A DNA stretch of 61,588 nucleotides, taken from the NCBI GenBank assembly GCA_945903605.1, contig CAMDOH010000005.1, positions 1-61,588 on the forward strand, written 5' to 3'. This DNA comes from Akkermansia muciniphila (GTDB lineage Bacteria; Verrucomicrobiota; Verrucomicrobiia; Limisphaerales; UBA1100). This document shows, piece after piece, positions 55,899 to 61,588 of the stretch (position 1 is its first letter; each line of letters opens with the position of its first letter). The notes beneath the pieces were generated by a model. It was not told the origin of the DNA. It did no database searches and saw only the letters and a list, made by a program, of their open reading frames with translations. The position numbers were made by a program, and so were the translations under genes.

Positions 55899-57244
55899 GT
55901 GTACCGGATGTTGCGGTGTTCGGGATTGAAAAATTCGTGCAGGAGTTTGTCCACTTGCAGCAGGCCGTCGCGGTTGAGCGAAATGCGATCGCCGTCGATG
56001 GAAAGGAATCCCCAGTCTTGGATGCGCTTGATGGGTTCGGCAAATCGGAGCAGGGGATCGGCCCCGAATTTCTTCTCAAAGTAAATACGACTGACGCTTC
56101 CGAGTTTGATCTGGAGAATGAATTCGCGGATGAACCGCTCATCATCCGTCGGCGTCAACGCACGGAAGATTGGCAACTCGCCTGCATTCACTTGAGTCAC
56201 GTACGGGTCGAAGTCCGCGTGATTTTGATAGTGAACGCCACCGATGTGTCCGAAACTGGCCACGCCGATCGATAGCAAATCCGCTCCAGCCCACAGTTTG
56301 TCGCGATAGAGGAATTTTGTCTTGGCCTTGTCTTTCACTGCGGTGTAGGCACTGGCAATGGTGTAGCCGACCTTCTCGAGTTCGGCGAAGGCGTAATGGA
56401 CCCATGCGCGCTTTGTTTCCCAATCGGCAACGGGCGCGACGAGTTTGCCCTCGGCTTTCATGCGCTGATAGATGGTTGTGTTGTAGGGAATCTCCATCTC
56501 ATAAATCGTGATGCTGTCCGGTGACATCTCGATGGTCTTGCGAATGCACTCGTGCCAGTTCGCATCGGTTTCTTCCACCATACCAGCGATGAGATCGATA
56601 TTGATTTGCGAGAATCCAATCTCTCTGGCGAATGCGTAGGCGCGCGCGATCTCTTTGCTGTGGTGTGCGCGTCCGTTGATCTCGAGAATATGATCGTCAA
56701 AGTTTTCCACGCCGAGAGAAAGCCGCGTGACGCCGAGATCGCGAATGGCGCGCAGTTTATGGTCGGTGAGCGTGCCCGGTTCGCATTCGAAAGTGAATTC
56801 CTCGATCTCGTTCCAAGGCAAGAGTGACTTCATGCCTTCGATGAGATGACGGAGTTGATCCACGCTGAGATAGCTGGGGGTGCCACCGCCAAAATAAACG
56901 AAGTTGGGTTTCCGGCCGCCGATGAACGGCTGCCGCGCGTAGATCGCCAACTCTTTCAGCGCGGCATCGATGTAGCCTTTGATCGCAGCCGAATCTTTGT
57001 CGGTATAAACTTTGAAATAGCAGAAGTGGCAGCGCTTCCTGCAAAAGGGAATATGAAGGTAAATGCCAAGCGGTGTGCCGGGCTTCGGTGCGCGCTGTCG
57101 GGCGGCGTCCACTTCGCCGACAAATTCAGGTTTCCAAAATGAGAACGGTGGGTAATTCGAAACGAAGTAGTTGCCGACCGTTGTCTCTTTCTGAATCGGC
57201 GGCGCCGCAGGAATAATTGGTGGGTTTGTGAAGGCTGTGCTCAT
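55895..57244 (-). CDS. HemN-like radical SAM enzyme (449 aa)
   Basis: IPFCRKRCHFCYF (CxxxCxxC), GGGTPS, and a HemN_C-like tail. It lacks the fourth Cys of the CxxxCxxCxC motif of bona fide HemN, so it is probably not coproporphyrinogen dehydrogenase. Confidence 0.8.
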   Translation of the reverse strand: MSTAFTNPPIIPAAPPIQKETTVGNYFVSNYPPFSFWKPEFVGEVDAARQRAPKPGTPLGIYLHIPFCRKRCHFCYFKVYTDKDSAAIKGYIDAALKELAIYARQPFIGGRKPNFVYFGGGTPSYLSVDQLRHLIEGMKSLLPWNEIEEFTFECEPGTLTDHKLRAIRDLGVTRLSLGVENFDDHILEINGRAHHSKEIARAYAFAREIGFSQINIDLIAGMVEETDANWHECIRKTIEMSPDSITIYEMEIPYNTTIYQRMKAEGKLVAPVADWETKRAWVHYAFAELEKVGYTIASAYTAVKDKAKTKFLYRDKLWAGADLLSIGVASFGHIGGVHYQNHADFDPYVTQVNAGELPIFRALTPTDDERFIREFILQIKLGSVSRIYFEKKFGADPLLRFAEPIKRIQDWGFLSIDGDRISLNRDGLLQVDKLLHEFFNPEHRNIRYT

Positions 57245-57250
57245 TCGGAG

Positions 57251-58423
57251 TTACTTTTTGGCGGGCTTCTCTCCAAACGCGTACACGATGCCATCGTCAG
57301 CGCCCACGATAATCTTGCCATCCACAATGGCCGGTGAGCTATTCACTCCTTGCCCGATTTCGTAAGACCATAATTCTTTACCATCGGCGAGTGAAACGAT
57401 GTAAAGGAGGCCATCCTCGGAACCAACCACGACTTTATCTCCAATCACGACGGGAGAACTATCCACCTTGCCACGAGTCGAAAATGTCCAGATCGGTTTG
57501 CCCTCTTTGCGTGACACGCAATGGAGACGTTTGTCGCGGCCGCCGAAGATCACTCGGTCGGAGGTAATCGCCGGAGATGAGAAATACGGGAACGCTCGAT
57601 CGCTGTATTTCCAAGCCACTTTTCCAGCTTCGAGATCCACACAAATAAATTCGTTTTCATAATGACCCACGTAAACTTTGCCGTCTCCCCCTGCTGCAGA
57701 GCCAGCGATGTAAGCGCCAGCCTCGATTGCTTTTTCGCGTTTACCATCGGCCAGATTGATAACGTGCAGCATGGCGTCGCATCCGCCAAAAACAGTTTTA
57801 CCGCCGATGACAGTGGGTGAACCATTGATGTAGTTTTCAGTCGGGAACACCCAGTTCGTTTTGCCGTCCTTCGCATTCAAACAATAGAGATTGTAATCGT
57901 AGCTGCCGAATAGCACCCAACGATCTTTTCCGTCGGGCGAGGTGACCCAATTCGGCGAGCCGAGAATTTTATCCTCCGTCTTTGCCTTCCAACGCAGTGT
58001 TCCCTTATCCGCATCAAGCGCGTAGTGAAGACCATCGGTCGAACCAACATGCACAGTGCCATCGAGCACCAAAGGTGAAGATTCGATCGGGCCTTCGGTT
58101 TTGTGCTTCCATGAAGGCAGTCCGTTGGTGAGAAGGATGGCGTGCAAATGTCCATCATCGGAACCGATGTAGACCTTGCCGTGATCGATCGCGGCTGAAG
58201 ATTTGACTGGGCCGCCAGTCGTGTATTTCCAGAGCAAAACGGGTTTGTTCGGCAGTCGGCCATCGGCAATGCCTTGAAGCGAAGGTCCACCGCGAAACAT
58301 CGGCCAGCGTGTTCTACCGGGAGCGACATCATTCGTCGTTTTGGCAGGAGCAGCGATGGCAGGGACAGCGCCGAGACAAAAAGATAGGGCGATCAGCAGA
58401 TAGAATGGAGCGCTCATGTTCAT
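57251..58423 (-). CDS. Exported PQQ-like / BamB-like beta-propeller repeat protein (390 aa)
   Basis: Signal peptide, and eight repeats of the type G.VY.GS.DG.LYA.D...G...W. Confidence 0.75.
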   Translation of the reverse strand: MNMSAPFYLLIALSFCLGAVPAIAAPAKTTNDVAPGRTRWPMFRGGPSLQGIADGRLPNKPVLLWKYTTGGPVKSSAAIDHGKVYIGSDDGHLHAILLTNGLPSWKHKTEGPIESSPLVLDGTVHVGSTDGLHYALDADKGTLRWKAKTEDKILGSPNWVTSPDGKDRWVLFGSYDYNLYCLNAKDGKTNWVFPTENYINGSPTVIGGKTVFGGCDAMLHVINLADGKREKAIEAGAYIAGSAAGGDGKVYVGHYENEFICVDLEAGKVAWKYSDRAFPYFSSPAITSDRVIFGGRDKRLHCVSRKEGKPIWTFSTRGKVDSSPVVIGDKVVVGSEDGLLYIVSLADGKELWSYEIGQGVNSSPAIVDGKIIVGADDGIVYAFGEKPAKK

Positions 58424-58557
58424 CCTTCGATTAAAGCTTCCTTCAATCCCGAACCCCTTGCAACCTCAAATTGTATGTATACGTACTAAATGGCTTCTCG
58501 CTTGCCGAAGATCAAAGCGGGAATGCCGGCGATGGCCGGGAAACTTTTCTGGAAATA

Positions 58558-58644
58558 TGGTACCGATGGAGGGGGTCGAACCCACACGGCCGTAAGGCCA
58601 CAAGATTTTGAGTCTAGCGCGTCTGCCAATTCCGCCACATCGGC
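58558..58644 (-). tRNA. tRNA-Leu, anticodon CAA (87 nt, long variable arm, CCA encoded)
   Basis: The reverse complement reads GCCGATGTGGCGGAATTGGCAGACGCGCTAGACTCAAAATCTTGTGGCCTTACGGCCGTGTGGGTTCGACCCCCTCCATCGGTACCA. The anticodon loop is CTCAAAA and the variable arm is 15 nt. There is one mismatch each in the anticodon and T stems. Confidence 0.85.
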
Positions 58645-58728
58645 TACGGGCTGACTATAGGGGTGGCGACTGGGTAGGCCAACAAGTTTGTTTTGGGATG
58701 CGAGCGGCGTTTTCTCTAAATTGAGTGC

Positions 58729-61224
58729 GTGACTGATTCTGCAGATCCGAAAACGGGATTCCAGATGCTTGACCGCGTTCATGTGCCGGATCTCTGGCAA
58801 CAGGAGGCGGTGGCTGCGCTCATCAGTGGGAAGGATGTGGTTGTTCACGCGCCAACGGGTGCGGGCAAGACTTTCATTTTCGAACTTTGGTTCCAGCAGA
58901 ATCGCGGGCGAGGCCAAAGTATTTACACCGTTCCGACACGCGCTTTGGCCAATGACAAACTCGCTGAGTGGCGCGCTAAAGGTTGGGATGTTGGAATCGC
59001 GACGGGTGATCTGGCGGAAAATCTCGATGCGCCGCTTATCGTCGCCACGTTGGAAACTCAAAAGGGACGGTTGATTCGTGGTGACGGCCCAATTTTGCTG
59101 GCCGTGGATGAGTATCAAATGATCGGCGATGCCGATCGCGGATTGAATTACGAACTCGCGCTCGCGCTGGCTCCGCAAGGTACGCGACTGTTGTTGCTTT
59201 CGGGGAGCGTTGGCAATCCACAGCAAGTCGTGCGGTGGTTGTGCCGGATTGGTCGGAGCGCGGTTCTGATTCGATTCGAAGAGCGGCCGGTGCCATTGGA
59301 AGAAGTGAACGCGGGGATGTTGAATTTCAATTTGCCCTCGGAAATAAAAGGATATTGGCCGCGATTTGTGGCGAAGTCGCTCGCTGACGATTTGGGGCCG
59401 ATTCTCATTTTCGCTCCAAGAAGGGCAGCGACGGAACAACTGGCTGGCGAGCTTGCGCGTTTTCTTCCGAACCCAAATCCATTGAGCCTCACGCCGGAAC
59501 AAAAGCAACTGGTGGGTGATCGGCTGGCGCGAATGCTTCAAAGCAGAATCGCGTTTCATCACAGTGGTCTGAGTTACGCGGCGAGAGCGGGTGTGGTCGA
59601 GCCATTGGCAAAAGCGGGGCAACTGCGCGCGGTGGTGGCTACGATGGGATTGGCGGCGGGAATTAATTTCTCGCTGCGAAGTGTGGCGCTCGCTGCTGAC
59701 TCATACAAACGCGGTGGCGTTGAAATTCCACTGCGTTGCGATGAGATATTACAGATGTTCGGCAGAGCGGGGCGACGCGGATTGGATGAGACAGGTTATG
59801 TGTTGGTGAGCGCGAATGAGCTTCGTTTGCGCGATGCAAATCCGGCGCAGCTCACGCGCAATGGGTTGGTGGATTGGGGTGTATTGCTGGGCATCATGAC
59901 GATGGCGAAAGAGAGGGGGCTTGAACCGTTCAGCGAGGCGGTCCGAGTGCAGCGGAGATTATTTTCAGCGATGCCAATTCTGATTGGTGTGGAGGCGTGT
60001 CTGGATCAACCCGATGCGCCTTGTGGCATTCAGACGGATGCGGGCCGCGCGCGCCACGTTTTTAGCAAGGTGAAGGAAATGCTCAATAGCCGTGGCGAAT
60101 GGCAGCTTTGCTCGGCACCGAGTGAATTAATTCTTGGCGATGCGCGAGTGGTGCGGCATGTGGAAAATGAAAATGCAGTGGTGGAATTGTTGCCGGTGCT
60201 CTCGATTGCAGACGAGTTAAGCGGGATCGGAGTCGGGACATTGACTGTGGTGGATCAAGTGGATGGCCGAGATATTTGGGGTCGTGAATCGTTGGTGGCT
60301 GAGATTTTGGCGGATGGGAATTTGTTGATGGCACGGTGGGTGGCACGATTGATTCAATGGCGCAACCGGTCGGTGAATCCCGTTGTGTGGGAGGCAAAAG
60401 TGGTGCCATTGCTGGAGAAGAAATGGATGGCTGCGAACACGCCGTTGATTCGTTTTGACCGGAAAAACCAGCGGCTCGTGGCGCAGTTGAGTCTGGCAAA
60501 GTTAAAGGTGAATGTGCCTGTGGATGCGCATGGGGTTGGTATTTGGCACCCGATTGTCAGGGAGAAATCACCGGCAGATTGTGCGAATTGTGCGCTGACA
60601 AAAACATGCCGTGGCCTTTCTAAATCGGCTGGTGTGGTTTTGCTGTGGCAGAGACTGGGCTTGATTGATGAGTTGGGAGTTCCGACTCGTCGCGGTCGGA
60701 TAGTGAGTTTTTTTTCGCAAGGTATGGGTCTTGCATTGGCGGCTGCGCTGGAGGATTCGAGGTATCAGATTGAAGAATTAATTTTTGATCTAGCAAATCT
60801 GGATGGTGGATTTCGGTTTTGTACGGATGGCGATAGATGGGATGGGAGGCTTGCTTTCGTGTGCCGTGCAACTTTCGGCCTGCAAAACATCCAAGGCTAT
60901 CTGGAAAATGGAGTGCCGCCTGGTTATGGTTCCGGTGCCGAAAAAGTTGTATCAAGCGTGCACAAAAATCCGGCATCCAAGCGCGATTGGGAAACGGAGT
61001 ACACAGGGGTGGGTGACATTGATCGGATTATCATCGAATGGCGTAGCATGCTGAGGCAAATCGTGCACGCTCCGGCATTGGATTGGGATAGGTGGATAGC
61101 ATTTCAAAAGGCTGCCAGAGAGTTGCTGAAAGAAACCCAATCGCCGACGCAAACCTTGCTCCCGCCACTGGAATTTCAACAGACGAAAAGAATTGAACAC
61201 CGGCTTCAACTGCGCCGGCACTGA
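58729..61224 (+). CDS. Superfamily-2 helicase, Ski2/DExH-like core with a long uncharacterised C-terminal region (831 aa from the GTG at 58729; an ATG at 58765 is also possible)
   Basis: Motif I APTGAGKT, Ia TVPTRALANDK, II VDEYQ, III LSGS, V ATMGLAAGINF, VI QMFGRAGRRG. Confidence 0.8.
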   Translation: MTDSADPKTGFQMLDRVHVPDLWQQEAVAALISGKDVVVHAPTGAGKTFIFELWFQQNRGRGQSIYTVPTRALANDKLAEWRAKGWDVGIATGDLAENLDAPLIVATLETQKGRLIRGDGPILLAVDEYQMIGDADRGLNYELALALAPQGTRLLLLSGSVGNPQQVVRWLCRIGRSAVLIRFEERPVPLEEVNAGMLNFNLPSEIKGYWPRFVAKSLADDLGPILIFAPRRAATEQLAGELARFLPNPNPLSLTPEQKQLVGDRLARMLQSRIAFHHSGLSYAARAGVVEPLAKAGQLRAVVATMGLAAGINFSLRSVALAADSYKRGGVEIPLRCDEILQMFGRAGRRGLDETGYVLVSANELRLRDANPAQLTRNGLVDWGVLLGIMTMAKERGLEPFSEAVRVQRRLFSAMPILIGVEACLDQPDAPCGIQTDAGRARHVFSKVKEMLNSRGEWQLCSAPSELILGDARVVRHVENENAVVELLPVLSIADELSGIGVGTLTVVDQVDGRDIWGRESLVAEILADGNLLMARWVARLIQWRNRSVNPVVWEAKVVPLLEKKWMAANTPLIRFDRKNQRLVAQLSLAKLKVNVPVDAHGVGIWHPIVREKSPADCANCALTKTCRGLSKSAGVVLLWQRLGLIDELGVPTRRGRIVSFFSQGMGLALAAALEDSRYQIEELIFDLANLDGGFRFCTDGDRWDGRLAFVCRATFGLQNIQGYLENGVPPGYGSGAEKVVSSVHKNPASKRDWETEYTGVGDIDRIIIEWRSMLRQIVHAPALDWDRWIAFQKAARELLKETQSPTQTLLPPLEFQQTKRIEHRLQLRRH

Positions 61225-61225
61225 A

Positions 61226-61588
61226 TCAATTATTGATCGGTAGCCGCCCCGTTCGCAAAGCCTGACGCATCATGGCTTGAGCGTTAGCTTGCTGCTCCGC
61301 TGTAGGTGCTGTTGTGCCAGCCACCATTCCGTTTTTGAACATCGGCCGACCACCGCCCATTCCACCCATGCCACCACCCATTCCGCCCATACCTCCCATT
61401 CCACCACCACCAAAGCCACCCATGCCACCGTTCATGCCGCCCATACCACCCATTCCGCCCATGCCACCACCCATTCCGCCCATGCCACCACCCATTCCGC
61501 CCATGCCACCACCCATTCCGCCCATGCCACCACCCATTCCGCCCATGCCACCACCCCTTCCGCCCATACCTCCCATTCCGCCACCACC
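61226..61588 (-). CDS. Gly/Met-rich repeat protein, C-terminal part only (N-terminus lies beyond the window edge)
   Basis: The frame is open to the window end. About 80 aa of MGG/MGGG repeats are followed by a non-repetitive tail, RPMFKNGMVAGTTAPTAEQQANAQAMMRQALRTGRLPINN. Confidence 0.5.
   Translation of the reverse strand, partial: GGGGMGGMGGRGGGMGGMGGGMGGMGGGMGGMGGGMGGMGGGMGGMGGMGGMNGGMGGFGGGGMGGMGGMGGGMGGMGGGRPMFKNGMVAGTTAPTAEQQANAQAMMRQALRTGRLPINN
61451..61555. repeat. Perfect tandem repeat, 21-bp unit x 5 (CATTCCGCCCATGCCACCACC), inside the Gly/Met-rich ORF
   Basis: Five identical units start at 61451, 61472, 61493, 61514 and 61535. Diverged copies flank them on both sides. Each unit encodes the heptad GGGMGGM on the minus strand. 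Confidence 0.9.

Noticed and set aside
45666-58644. Classical tRNA-linked genomic island or integrative element
   Set aside because: There is no integrase, recombinase or transposase. By eye I found no direct repeat of the tRNA-Leu 3' end, and GC content (about 53% in sampled lines) is not clearly different from the rest. I kept only the operon/BGC hypothesis.
58486-59622. 378-aa minus-strand ORF
   Set aside because: It runs across the tRNA-Leu gene and is antisense to the helicase 5' region. The product is Arg/Gln/Pro-rich with no motifs.

Overview
This is a 61.6-kb, gene-dense chromosomal segment. GC is roughly 55-62% by hand counts of 60-nt lines. I call about 65 protein-coding genes and two tRNAs: an initiator-type tRNA-Met(CAU) and tRNA-Leu(CAA). 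I saw no rRNA, CRISPR array, transposase or integrase.

Most of the window is housekeeping:
- bcp, maf, and an MlaE/F/D-like lipid-trafficking module
- serA, moaA, metF, coaE, glgB
- a complete Tol-Pal cluster followed directly by tatA-tatC
- ispE, an Lrp/AsnC regulator, the conserved rpsB-tsf-pyrH-frr block, mobA and gap

The remainder is accessory-looking. It includes exported hydrolases, xylose-isomerase-fold proteins with Sec or TAT signals, and DUF1802, DUF1844, DUF457 and DUF3299 proteins. This overall content suggests a free-living Gram-negative of the PVC group, possibly Verrucomicrobiota. That taxonomic guess is inference only.

The main candidates for something new, in rough order of interest:
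1. An 11-gene same-strand array at 45666-58423, next to the 3' end of tRNA-Leu. It combines a PQQ-like propeller, a HemN-like radical SAM enzyme, a chorismate-lyase-fold protein, a flavin-dependent halogenase-like enzyme, a GT4 glycosyltransferase, a 4HBT thioesterase, a small membrane protein, a PaaK-type ligase and a MacB-type exporter. It has no PKS, NRPS or ACP, and I cannot assign it to a named pathway.
2. A low-GC islet at about 480-1500, on the 3' side of the initiator tRNA. It holds three ribbon-helix-helix-like ORFs and a 205-bp unit with inverted-repeat ends that contains six 21-bp tandem repeats.
3. A Gly/Met-rich (MGG)n protein encoded by perfect 21-bp DNA repeats. It is cut by the right window edge.
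4. An MlaF-like ATPase in which the Q-loop, signature motif and Walker B motif are all degenerate.
5. An ABC/FtsX/His-rich lipoprotein/DUF3299 module that may handle metals.
6. A TatC with a long His/acid-rich N-terminal extension and an enlarged first loop.

All functional calls come from reading the translated ORFs and recognising motifs by eye. No searches were run.
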